The notes under the pieces: model-generated
Told to the model about the DNA's origin: nothing
Seen by the model: only the letters and a program-made list of their open reading frames with translations
Database searches by the model: none
Translations under genes and position numbers: made by a program
Part shown: one piece after another, positions 10,052 to 18,796 of the stretch
Numbering within the stretch: position 1 is the first letter of the stretch
How the letters are laid out: each line of letters opens with the position of its first letter
Assembly (NCBI GenBank): GCA_934793215.1
Contig: CAKVOP010000001.1
Coordinates: forward strand, 66,280 to 130,279
Length of the DNA: 64,000 bases
Direction: 5' to 3'
DNA from: an uncultured Clostridia bacterium
Lineage (GTDB): Bacteria > Bacillota > Clostridia > Christensenellales > UBA1242

Positions 10052-10211
10052 ATATCAAAATAGCGTAACAAAAAAGTGTGTTTTTATGCTTATAATTGAA
10101 AAATTGTTAAAATTATCCTTTAATAGGGCAAGTTTAGGATAAGAACTCATGATTCATTTTTCACTCTTCTCTGCTTTGTCATTTTGATTTTTGCAAACAT
10201 ACAATGAGTAT

Positions 10212-11465
10212 ATGGATAAGTTTTTTATTATTGGAGGAAACCCTCTCTATGGAGAGGTGGATATAGACAGCGCTAAAAATTCCCTTTTACCTATCATTGC
10301 TTGTTCGGTTTTAATAAAAGAAGAAGTCGTGTTGCAAAAAGCGGTCAAATACAGAGATGTGCTTGTCATGCAAGATATTATCAAAAGTCTAGGTGGCAAA
10401 GCCTACTGGGAGGGAGACAGTTTAGTTATTAACTGCAAAGAACTTTCTTCATGTTCGATCGATAGAACGCTTACAGCAAAAGCGAGGGCTTCATTTTTTA
10501 CACTGGGAGCGCTTCTTGGGCGACTTGGGCAAGCAAAAATAGGATTTCCCGGTGGGTGCGACATAGGGTTGAGACCTGTCGATATACATATTAGTGCAAT
10601 CAAAAATTTGGGTTGTAAGATTGTTGAGAAAAATGGCTATATTTATGCAGATGCCTCGGCTTTCCATGGCGGAGAGGTGGTTTTGCCATTTCCTAGTGTG
10701 GGTGCTACAGAAAATGTTATGATGCTTTCCGCAAGCATGCCATTTAGGACAGAAATAGTTGGTGGTGCAAAAGAGCCCGAAATTGTTGATCTTGCGTTGT
10801 TTATTAATGCTTGTGGCGGTTTCGTAAGGGGTGCGGGAACAGATAAAATCGTGATTGAGGGTAGACCTCTGCATGGTTGCACATATGTTCCATTTACCGA
10901 CCGAATTGAAGCGGGTACATTTATGGTTGGGTGTGCGTTATGTTCTGGAAAAGTTCAATTAAATGGTGCAAAAAGTGAGTTTAATCGTCCACTTATTTCA
11001 AAATTGCGAAAAATTGGTTGCAATTTGTTATGCGATAATGATAAAATCATAATTGAAAGCAAAGGCAGACTGGAAAGCGTGGGCGAAATTGAAACGGCGG
11101 TGTATCCGGGATTCCCAACCGATTTACAATCACAAATGATGACTCTTGCAAGTGTGACAAAGGGCTCGTCAATAATTGTGGAGAATGTTTTTGAAAATCG
11201 TTTCAAGACTTCGCAAGAACTTATCAAAATGGGTGCTGACATAAAAGTCAAAAATGGTGTCTGTTTAATTGAGGGAAAAGAAAAACTTTTCGGTGCTGAT
11301 GTGGTAAGTCCAGACCTTCGGGGAGGTGCGAGTTTGGTGCTCGCTGGTCTTTACGCAGAGGGGTATACAACACTATCTGGCGTTGAACTTATTGATAGAG
11401 GTTATTATAAATTTGAAGAAAAGATAGCTAGCCTTGGCGGAAATATAAAAAGGATAAAAGAGTGA
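10212..11465 (+). CDS. murA: UDP-N-acetylglucosamine 1-carboxyvinyltransferase
   Basis: MDKFFIIGGNPLYGEV... and the active-site loop GGCDIGLRPVDIH. ATG at 10212 preferred over the TTG at 10191. Confidence 0.9.
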   Translation: MDKFFIIGGNPLYGEVDIDSAKNSLLPIIACSVLIKEEVVLQKAVKYRDVLVMQDIIKSLGGKAYWEGDSLVINCKELSSCSIDRTLTAKARASFFTLGALLGRLGQAKIGFPGGCDIGLRPVDIHISAIKNLGCKIVEKNGYIYADASAFHGGEVVLPFPSVGATENVMMLSASMPFRTEIVGGAKEPEIVDLALFINACGGFVRGAGTDKIVIEGRPLHGCTYVPFTDRIEAGTFMVGCALCSGKVQLNGAKSEFNRPLISKLRKIGCNLLCDNDKIIIESKGRLESVGEIETAVYPGFPTDLQSQMMTLASVTKGSSIIVENVFENRFKTSQELIKMGADIKVKNGVCLIEGKEKLFGADVVSPDLRGGASLVLAGLYAEGYTTLSGVELIDRGYYKFEEKIASLGGNIKRIKE

Positions 11466-12328
11466 CCAAAAAGAAAAGAAATATTATTATTCTGTGCTCG
11501 GTGCTGGTGGCCCTAATTGGGCTACTGGTTACTTTGTGCTTGACAACATTTTCTCTTAAATCCATTTCTGTCGATTTTAGGACAAGCACAATGAACGTAA
11601 CCGCCACCCAAGAAGAAATAATTGGGGCTGGCAAGTTTTCTAAAAAGTGCGTCTTATTTTATAATAAAGATAAGGCCAAAGAAAACATTGAAGAAGCTTA
11701 TCCATATTTAAAGGTTATAAATATAGAAACCAAATTCCCTTCATCTTTTGTTATACATGTGGCAGAGAGGCAAGAAGTTTATGCGGTGACAGATGGTGAA
11801 AAAACAGCCTTCCTTGATGAGGGGCTTAAGGTTTTGAGAGTAGAAAGTGGAGAATTTGTAAGCACTCAATCAAATGCAATTCTTTTAAAGGGAATAAAAC
11901 TTTCTAATGGAGTGAAGGTTTCACAAAGACTCCCACAAGAAAATTACGTAGACCTCTATTCAGCATTTTTACAATCAAACCTGACACTGGGAATGCAAAA
12001 GGAAATTTTTAAAGAAATTGAATTTAAAGTTGAAAAAGATGAAAATGCAAAAAAGGACTATCTTAATGTCTATATTTCTCTTTACAGTGGACAAACAATT
12101 AAAATTTTAGATGTAAGTTATGCCCTTAAATATAAAGCAAATAGAGCATATAACGTTTACTCTTCGCTTTATACATTCATAGGAAAGGATTATACTCTCC
12201 GCTCTGGTGAAACTATAACTCTCACCAAAGCGCATCTTGATAGCGCAAGTATTTGCGTTCAATCTTACTATGATCGTGCTCAACACAAAGAAAGCGAGAC
12301 ATATTTTGTGCTAGATTTTGCCCTTTAA
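11462..12328 (+). CDS. ftsQ: cell division protein DivIB/FtsQ-like (single N-terminal TM, POTRA-type extracellular region)
   Basis: Basic N-terminus plus one TM helix (IIILCSVLVALIGLLVTLCL). The position immediately upstream of ftsA-ftsZ fits. Sequence conservation is weak. Confidence 0.6.
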   Translation: MTKKKRNIIILCSVLVALIGLLVTLCLTTFSLKSISVDFRTSTMNVTATQEEIIGAGKFSKKCVLFYNKDKAKENIEEAYPYLKVINIETKFPSSFVIHVAERQEVYAVTDGEKTAFLDEGLKVLRVESGEFVSTQSNAILLKGIKLSNGVKVSQRLPQENYVDLYSAFLQSNLTLGMQKEIFKEIEFKVEKDENAKKDYLNVYISLYSGQTIKILDVSYALKYKANRAYNVYSSLYTFIGKDYTLRSGETITLTKAHLDSASICVQSYYDRAQHKESETYFVLDFAL

Positions 12329-12338
12329 GTCAAATTTA

Positions 12339-12367
12339 TTGACAAATCAGGGCAAAAATTTTATAAT
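12339..12367 (+). promoter_or_regulatory. consensus sigma-A promoter upstream of ftsA
   Basis: Perfect TTGACA, 17 nt spacer, TATAAT. An 8-bp hairpin GTCGCAAG/CTTGCGAC (about 12383-12405) follows in the 5' UTR. Confidence 0.75.
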
Positions 12368-12424
12368 TGGGTGAAAATAGTGTCGCAAGGTTATGGCTTG
12401 CGACAAAATAAAATGAAGGTGAAC

Positions 12425-13555
12425 ATGGGAAAGTTTGTTTTGGTTTTTGAAATTGGCTCTTCTTCGCTCCGAGGAATGCTTGCTGGAAGAGGCATTAACA
12501 ATACTTTTAAAGTTAAAGGTTATAAAGAAGTTCTTTATGACGGATTTTATGAAGGGAATTTCCTTGCACCTGATAAAATTTATGATGCGTTAAGGGGACT
12601 TATGAGGGAACTTGACGCAATGCCAAATAAAAATCTTGATAAGGTTTACTTTTCTCTGCCAAGCGAATTTTCGTCTGTAAGAACTGCAGAAGTGTCATTA
12701 AATCTTGGGGAGAGACGCAAGATAAAAAAGGCGGACATTGATGCCCTCAATTATACTGCAAGTGAAAAAGCTAAAAATGGTGATGTTGAAATTGTCAGCA
12801 TCGCACCAATCACATATGTTTTAGATGATGGTAGACTCACTCTTGAACCCATTGGAGAGAATGCTTCATCACTTTCAGCGAGAATGTCTATTGTTTATGC
12901 AAGCAAAGAATATATTGAATTTTTCAACTCTATTGCAAGCAAACTTGAATTTGAAAGGGTGGAGTATATAAGTGAAGCCCTTTGTCAAAGCAGATTTGTT
13001 TTACCAAAAGACAAAAGAGAAGAGCTTGCCCTTTTAGTTGATGTTGGAGACCTCACTACAAGCATCGCTTTTGCCAAAGGACAGGGGCTTGTAGGCTTAA
13101 CTTCTTTCTCACGCGGTGGCGGATTTATAACAAACGACCTAGCAGAGGCCTTTGACCTTTCAATAAGTCAGGCAAACAATCTAAAAGAAATTATTGTGCT
13201 TTCTTTACAAGGCAAGAAAGGCGATTTCTATGAACTGACAGGAGATAACGCAGTTGCACAAAAGATTTTGCTTTCAAGTGCAAACGAAGTGGTAAAATAC
13301 AGAATTGACGAACTTGGAAAAGTTATTTCTCGCTACTTACATCTTTTTGCCAAAGATGACTTTGCCAGCGTTCCTGTTTACTTGACTGGTGCAGGTCTTA
13401 CAAAGATTAAGGGCGGTCGTGACTATCTTGCCAAATGTCTTGGAAGAAATGTTAATTACGCTTTCCCTCCACTTCCTGGGAAAGACAAACCAGAACTTGC
13501 TTCAATATACTCACTTGTAAGCGGAGCGCTACAAAGCGAGGAGGAAAAGCACTAA
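12425..13555 (+). CDS. ftsA: cell division protein FtsA
   Basis: Actin-like ATPase (VFEIGSSSLRG, DVGDLTTSIA). ATG at 12425 follows an AAGGTG RBS. Confidence 0.9.
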   Translation: MGKFVLVFEIGSSSLRGMLAGRGINNTFKVKGYKEVLYDGFYEGNFLAPDKIYDALRGLMRELDAMPNKNLDKVYFSLPSEFSSVRTAEVSLNLGERRKIKKADIDALNYTASEKAKNGDVEIVSIAPITYVLDDGRLTLEPIGENASSLSARMSIVYASKEYIEFFNSIASKLEFERVEYISEALCQSRFVLPKDKREELALLVDVGDLTTSIAFAKGQGLVGLTSFSRGGGFITNDLAEAFDLSISQANNLKEIIVLSLQGKKGDFYELTGDNAVAQKILLSSANEVVKYRIDELGKVISRYLHLFAKDDFASVPVYLTGAGLTKIKGGRDYLAKCLGRNVNYAFPPLPGKDKPELASIYSLVSGALQSEEEKH

Positions 13556-13632
13556 AAATGTATAATTATGCAAAAAGATGCCTTAAAAGGTGAAAATTTA
13601 TACATTTTATCAAAAAAATTTAAAGGAAATGA

Positions 13633-13661
13633 TTGCATTTTTATTCAAAATGTATTAAAAT
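13633..13661 (+). promoter_or_regulatory. sigma-A type promoter upstream of ftsZ
   Basis: TTGCAT, 17 nt spacer, TAAAAT. Confidence 0.5.
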
Positions 13662-13691
13662 CTAGTTAATAAATGGTCTAAGGAGATTTTT

Positions 13692-14891
13692 ATGGAAAAC
13701 AATTTCAATACTTCTGCAACAAAAATTAAGGTTATAGGTATTGGTGGAGGCGGGAATAACGCCGTAAACAGAATGATTGACGCAGGCGTTAGTGCTGAAT
13801 TTATCGCTGTCAACACAGATCAACAAACCCTTCTTTTAAGCAAAGCTGACACAAGACTTCAAATTGGTGAACGTCTTACTGGTGGAAGAGGAGCAGGGGC
13901 AAAACCTGAAATTGGACAAAAGGCTGCAGAGGAGAGCAAAACTTCAATTACTGATATGCTCAAAGATGCAAACCTTGTATTTATCACAGCTGGAATGGGT
14001 GGCGGAACTGGAACAGGTGCTGCACCAGTTGTTGCACAAATTGCAAAAGAACTTGGCATTTTGACTATCGCTGTTATCACAAAGCCATTCTCTTTTGAAG
14101 GCCCTATTAGAGCGAAGAATGCCGAAGAGGGGCTTGAAAAACTTAAAAAATATGTTGACGCATTGGTTGTTATTCCAAACGAAAAACTTCTTCAAATTGT
14201 TCCTAAAAAGACACCACTTATTGAATCATTTAGATTTGCAGATGATGTTTTAAGACAAGGTGTTCAAGGAATTAGTGACCTTATCGTATTCCCTGGTCTT
14301 ATCAACCTTGACTTTGCTGACGTTACTACCATCATGAAAGATAAGGGGCTTGCTCATATGGGTATTGGTTATGGACAAGGCGAAAACAAGGCACTTGAAG
14401 CTGTTAAGCAAGCAGTTGCAAGCCCTCTTCTTGAAACAACCATCGAAGGTGCAACAGGTCTTCTTATCAACATTAAGGGTGGGAAAGACCTTACTCAAGA
14501 TGATGTAAGTGAAGCGGCTGCTCTTGTTAGAGAAGTCGTTGACGCTGACTGCAACATTATCCTTGGTACAAGCATTGACGAAAACATGCATGATGAAGTT
14601 GAAATCACTCTTATTGCAACAGGGTTTTCAAGTCCAAATGAAGAAAAAGAAGAAGAAAACGAAATTGATAAGGCTAAATCAATCGGCAACAATGGTCAAA
14701 CCAATGAGGAAAGACCAAGAAGCATGTTTGCTGATTATATGAGAGCCCCTCGTGAGGAAGACAAAGCCGAAGAGGAAGATGATGAAAATGTTGAACTTGA
14801 AGAAACCGACGACCTTGCTTCTTCTCGCGTTGGCATAAAAAACACAGCAGTTCCACCTTGGATCGAAAAACTTCGTAAAAACAGAAGATAA
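13692..14891 (+). CDS. ftsZ: cell division GTPase FtsZ
   Basis: Tubulin signature [10 protein letters not shown] and [17 protein letters not shown]; long acidic linker before the C-terminal peptide. Confidence 0.97.
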   Translation: MENNFNTSATKIKVIGIGGGGNNAVNRMIDAGVSAEFIAVNTDQQTLLLSKADTRLQIGERLTGGRGAGAKPEIGQKAAEESKTSITDMLKDANLVFITAGMGGGTGTGAAPVVAQIAKELGILTIAVITKPFSFEGPIRAKNAEEGLEKLKKYVDALVVIPNEKLLQIVPKKTPLIESFRFADDVLRQGVQGISDLIVFPGLINLDFADVTTIMKDKGLAHMGIGYGQGENKALEAVKQAVASPLLETTIEGATGLLINIKGGKDLTQDDVSEAAALVREVVDADCNIILGTSIDENMHDEVEITLIATGFSSPNEEKEEENEIDKAKSIGNNGQTNEERPRSMFADYMRAPREEDKAEEEDDENVELEETDDLASSRVGIKNTAVPPWIEKLRKNRR

Positions 14892-14960
14892 TATTTCCTT
14901 TGATTTATTGATAAATAGTTAGAAAAAGTGTTAATTTATTGCACTTTTGCAAACGGCATA

Positions 14961-14989
14961 AAACCACCAATCAAACTGGTGGTTTTTTG
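14961..14989 (+). terminator. Rho-independent terminator after ftsZ
   Basis: ACCACCA-ATCAAAC-TGGTGGT hairpin followed by TTTTTTG. Confidence 0.8.
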
Positions 14990-15107
14990 TTTACTAAAAA
15001 GTTGGGGAAAATCTTCTCGCTTAAAAATGCGTTTATTTGAGATTACTCGGCATAATTCGCATTTGAAAAAATAGCTACGAGTGTTACTCTATTGTTACGA
15101 GGGTAAA

Positions 15108-15908
15108 ATGAAAATTGTAATAGAGCTTACCTTACTTGTCAGTTTTTCGTGTACTTTCTATGTGCTTTCACTTACTTCAAGGCTGACCAAACAGCCGATG
15201 AGGCTAGGGGTGCTCGGCGGTGCAGTCGCCAGTTTGATTAGTCTTATTTATCCACTTTGGAATGTGGAAAAGTGGGCACTAGGGGTGCTACTTTTAGGTA
15301 CGTTATCTTGTGTGAATCTAATGTGTTTTAAGTATGTCAATTTCAAAAGGTACCTTGAAAGGTTTGTTCTTATGGCTATGCTAACATTTCTATTTGGAGG
15401 GTGTAGCCTTGCGATTGAAAACTTTTTTGGACAAATAAGCTTGTTTGTTGTGGCTGTTGTGAGCACAGTGACCTTCGCAGTAACAAAGGCGGTAATAAGA
15501 TTTAGAGCACGTCAAAACGCCATTGAAAAGTTTACTTATAGCGTTGTTTTAAAAGACAAGGGCGAAAAAATAGCGTTAAGCGGTTTTTTGGACAGTGGTA
15601 ATATGCTTTATGACACCATAACTAAAAAGCCTATTATGCTTGTCGACTTTGAAGTCTTTCATAAATTGTATGCGGATATTCCATATTTTAAAGTGTTGAC
15701 CAAAACTTTTGATGAACGAAAAGTAAAAAATGGTCACTATATAAAAGTCAACAGCCTTTCTGCTGGGGCGAGTATGTTTGTCTTTTCTGTTGAAGAAGCT
15801 GTTGTGGGTGAAAGCCGAATGGTTAAAGAGCCAATGCTGGGACTTTCATTAAGCGGTTTCGAAAAAAGTTTTGGGCGAAATATTTTGCTTCATAGTGAAC
15901 TTGTATAA
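15108..15908 (+). CDS. spoIIGA: sigma-E processing peptidase SpoIIGA
   Basis: Five N-terminal TM helices plus the aspartic protease motif GFLDSGNMLYD. Directly upstream of sigE. ATG at 15108 follows a GAGGG RBS. Confidence 0.85.
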   Translation: MKIVIELTLLVSFSCTFYVLSLTSRLTKQPMRLGVLGGAVASLISLIYPLWNVEKWALGVLLLGTLSCVNLMCFKYVNFKRYLERFVLMAMLTFLFGGCSLAIENFFGQISLFVVAVVSTVTFAVTKAVIRFRARQNAIEKFTYSVVLKDKGEKIALSGFLDSGNMLYDTITKKPIMLVDFEVFHKLYADIPYFKVLTKTFDERKVKNGHYIKVNSLSAGASMFVFSVEEAVVGESRMVKEPMLGLSLSGFEKSFGRNILLHSELV

Positions 15909-15917
15909 GGAGGGGAA

Positions 15918-16646
15918 ATGGGAATACTTTTTAAAATCAAACAATTCTTTTATAATCTTTTTCATAGACACAACTTATTAAAAGTTGAAAATATTGTTTG
16001 CTATATTTGTGGCAATGAAGCTTTTAAGCCACCCCTTGAAGCGGAAGAAGAGGAAAAACTCCTCATGCTTAAAGAAGAAGGGGATTTGTCTGCGACAGAA
16101 AAACTAATTGAACACAATTTGAGGCTTGTGGCATACATTGCAAAAAAATTCGAGGGCTGCAAAATAGAAATGGAAGACCTTATTTCAATTGGTGCGGTAG
16201 GCCTTATAAAAGCAGTGAGAACTTTTAAACTGGACAAAAACATTAGGCTTGCAACCTACGCTTCGAGATGTATAGAAAATGAAATTCTTATGCAACTTCG
16301 CAAGACCTCAAAGATAAAGAATGATGTGAGTTTAGACAAGCCTTTGAGTGAAGACAACGAGGGAAACGAACTTGTGCTAGGAGATATCATTCCAGCGGGC
16401 GATGACATAGTGGAAGAAACTGTGGATAAGCCAGCTGACAATGACCTATTGCATAAGTTTATTAACAATTTAAATGCACGCGAGCGAGAAATTATGATAC
16501 TTCGCTATGGGCTTTTTGGACAAGAAGAACTTACCCAACGAGAAGTTGCTGAAAAATTGGGAATAAGCCAAAGTTATATATCCCGTCTTGAAAAGCGTAT
16601 TTTGGGTGAGATGAAAATAGAACTTCAAAAAAGTTTTTCAATTTAA
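15918..16646 (+). CDS. sigE: RNA polymerase sporulation sigma factor SigE (pro-sigma-E)
   Basis: N-terminal pro-sequence followed by sigma-70 regions 2-4 (IEHNLRLVAYIAKKF, ISQSYISRLEKR). Canonical spoIIGA-sigE-sigG order. Confidence 0.9.
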   Translation: MGILFKIKQFFYNLFHRHNLLKVENIVCYICGNEAFKPPLEAEEEEKLLMLKEEGDLSATEKLIEHNLRLVAYIAKKFEGCKIEMEDLISIGAVGLIKAVRTFKLDKNIRLATYASRCIENEILMQLRKTSKIKNDVSLDKPLSEDNEGNELVLGDIIPAGDDIVEETVDKPADNDLLHKFINNLNAREREIMILRYGLFGQEELTQREVAEKLGISQSYISRLEKRILGEMKIELQKSFSI

Positions 16647-16746
16647 AATAAATTTATTAGCAAAAAGGGACTACTTTTGTCATTTTTTGTTGATTGCGAA
16701 TAGGAATAACTCCTTTTGAGAAAGATATGCTTGAAAGGAGAGCGAT

Positions 16747-17520
16747 ATGTCATCAAGAGTTTTTATTGCAGGCGTTGACACCTCAAAATTGCCAAAACTT
16801 ACAAGTTCTGATATGGCACAACTCATGGACGAAGTTAAAAAGGGGAGTGCGAAAGCAAGAGAACGCTTTGTTGTGGCAAATTTAAGACTCGTGCTTTCAG
16901 TTGTGCATCGTTTTGGAGGCAAAGGTGAAAAAGCCGACGATATGTTCCAAGTGGGCTGTGTAGGGCTTATGAAAGCAATAGATAATTTTGATAATTCTCT
17001 AAATGTAAAATTTTCAACATATGCTGTGCCAATGATTATAGGGGAAATAAGACGCTACCTTCGCGACAACAATTCAGTCCGTGTTTCTCGATCACTTCGA
17101 GATGTCGCCTATAAAGCACTTCAAGCAAAAGAAGCATTATCCAAAGATAGCATTGCAGAGCCAACGGTTGAAGAGATTTCGCGGGTTATCGATGTTCCTG
17201 CAAAGACAATAAATTTTGCGCTTGACGCTATTAGTGATACGCTGTCACTTAATGATCCAGTTTATAGTGATGGTGGAGATTCTATTAATCTTATGGACCA
17301 AATTGCTGACACGAAGCATACCGACGAAAATATTTTTGAAAATTTATCCATAAAAGATGCCATTAAAACACTCAATGGTAGGGAAAGAGACATACTTTTA
17401 ATGAGATATTATGTTGGTAAAACGCAGACAGAAGTGAGTGAAGAAATAGGGATAAGTCAAGCACAAGTTTCAAGACTTGAAAAAAATGCATTAAAAGTTA
17501 TTAAAGAGTTTCTTGTTTAA
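16747..17520 (+). CDS. sigG: RNA polymerase sporulation sigma factor SigG
   Basis: Forespore-type sigma (VVANLRLVLSVVHRF, ISQAQVSRLEKNAL) located directly after sigE. Confidence 0.85.
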   Translation: MSSRVFIAGVDTSKLPKLTSSDMAQLMDEVKKGSAKARERFVVANLRLVLSVVHRFGGKGEKADDMFQVGCVGLMKAIDNFDNSLNVKFSTYAVPMIIGEIRRYLRDNNSVRVSRSLRDVAYKALQAKEALSKDSIAEPTVEEISRVIDVPAKTINFALDAISDTLSLNDPVYSDGGDSINLMDQIADTKHTDENIFENLSIKDAIKTLNGRERDILLMRYYVGKTQTEVSEEIGISQAQVSRLEKNALKVIKEFLV

Positions 17521-17556
17521 GGGCATTTTTTGACATTTTTCACATAGATATATCTT

Positions 17557-17850
17557 GTGGAAACTTCATTCATAGAGTTAAGATGTAAGGAAGTCGTAAA
17601 TGTGTTGGACGGGCGAAAGCTTGGACACATATGCGACGTTGTATTTGATTTGGGCTCGGCAAGGGTGCTAGGATTTGTGCTCCCGGGGGAGAAAAAAGGC
17701 TGGAACTTTTTACGCAGTGGGGAACAGATTTTTTTGCCGTTTAACTGTATTGTAAAAATTGGGGAAGACGCTATTCTTGTTGAACTTTGTGCATCTCCGC
17801 AACCACAGAATCCTTATATTTTATCTCAAAATACTAATAAAAAGGAATAG
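17557..17850 (+). CDS. YlmC/YmxH family sporulation protein (PRC-barrel)
   Basis: ELRCKEVVNVLDGRKLGHICDVVFD...ARVLGFVLPG matches the YlmC/YmxH signature. GTG start with no obvious SD, so the start is uncertain. Confidence 0.7.
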   Translation: METSFIELRCKEVVNVLDGRKLGHICDVVFDLGSARVLGFVLPGEKKGWNFLRSGEQIFLPFNCIVKIGEDAILVELCASPQPQNPYILSQNTNKKE

Positions 17851-17863
17851 AAGGTTTGCAAAT

Positions 17864-17895
17864 AAAGAAGCCACCATATAAGTGGCTTCTTTTTT
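17864..17895. terminator. bidirectional terminator between the ylmC-like gene and nrdR
   Basis: AAAGAAGCCAC...GTGGCTTCTTT hairpin flanked by an A-run and a T-run, between convergent genes. Confidence 0.75.
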
Positions 17896-18005
17896 CCCTT
17901 GAAATTGACGATGAATTTGATTTTAGCTTAAACGAAGTTGTTTTTGTAAGCAAAATAAAAAAAGAAGAGTACAACGCTTTTAATCTATTGCACTCTTTTA
18001 CATTA

Positions 18006-18449
18006 TTACATATTTTCAAGAAGTTTTTTGAAACTATCGACATCTTTAAAATGACGATAAACTGATGCAAAGCGGACATAGGCCACCTCATCAAGGTCTT
18101 TAAGAGCGTCCATAACCATTTCACCAATCTCGCTCGAACGAACCTCCTGGGTGAGTTTGTTTTGAATCGTCTTTTCAATGTTTGCTACAATCGTATCAAT
18201 TTGCCCCATTGATACAGGTCTTTTTTCGCAGGCTTTGATAATTCCATTTTTAAGTTTGTTTGCGTCAAATGATTGTCTTGAACCATCAGTCTTAATGACA
18301 AGAATAGGAGTCATTTCGATTGTTTCGTAAGTTGTAAATCGTCTTCCACAGTTAAGACATTCTCTTCTTCTTCTAATTGAATTTGTTTCTTCTGAATTTC
18401 TTGAATCAAGCACCTTGCTTTCTTCATTCCCACAATATATACACTTCAT
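18006..18449 (-). CDS. nrdR: transcriptional repressor NrdR
   Basis: [17 protein letters not shown] zinc ribbon plus ATP-cone. ATG at 18449 follows an AGGAG RBS; the ORF track start at 18512 is probably too long. Confidence 0.9.
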   Translation of the reverse strand: MKCIYCGNEESKVLDSRNSEETNSIRRRRECLNCGRRFTTYETIEMTPILVIKTDGSRQSFDANKLKNGIIKACEKRPVSMGQIDTIVANIEKTIQNKLTQEVRSSEIGEMVMDALKDLDEVAYVRFASVYRHFKDVDSFKKLLENM

Positions 18450-18559
18450 TATGTTGCTCCTCATACTAAATATAGCATAACTAAAATTTAAAAACAAACA
18501 TTTTTCGACCATTTATCAAATTTTGTCATACCACAAAAGCGGGGCAAATATCATATTTT

Positions 18560-18796
18560 ATGCAAAGTTTGACTTCTTTAAAAATAAATAGTTTGGCTCG
18601 GGTGACTGGATTTTCGCATTGTCTTTCTTCAAGACTTTCACGAAGACTGCTTGAACTTGGTTTTTTGCCGGGCGAAAAGGTGAAAGTTTTAAGAAAATCA
18701 CTGCTTGGAAAGGCCTACCTTGTCGAACTTCGTTTCTATACGCTTACCATTCGGCGGGATATTGCAAAGTTTATTATGGTGGAGGGTGAAAAATGA
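18560..18796 (+). CDS. feoA: ferrous iron transport protein FeoA
   Basis: Small SH3-like protein (LGFLPGEKVKVLRKSLLG). Its stop overlaps the feoB start. Confidence 0.8.
   Translation: MQSLTSLKINSLARVTGFSHCLSSRLSRRLLELGFLPGEKVKVLRKSLLGKAYLVELRFYTLTIRRDIAKFIMVEGEK

Noticed and set aside
14990-15107. Spo0A boxes / spoIIG-type promoter upstream of spoIIGA
   Set aside because: Only partial matches to TGTCGAA (for example TTCGCAT) are present, which is not convincing enough to annotate.
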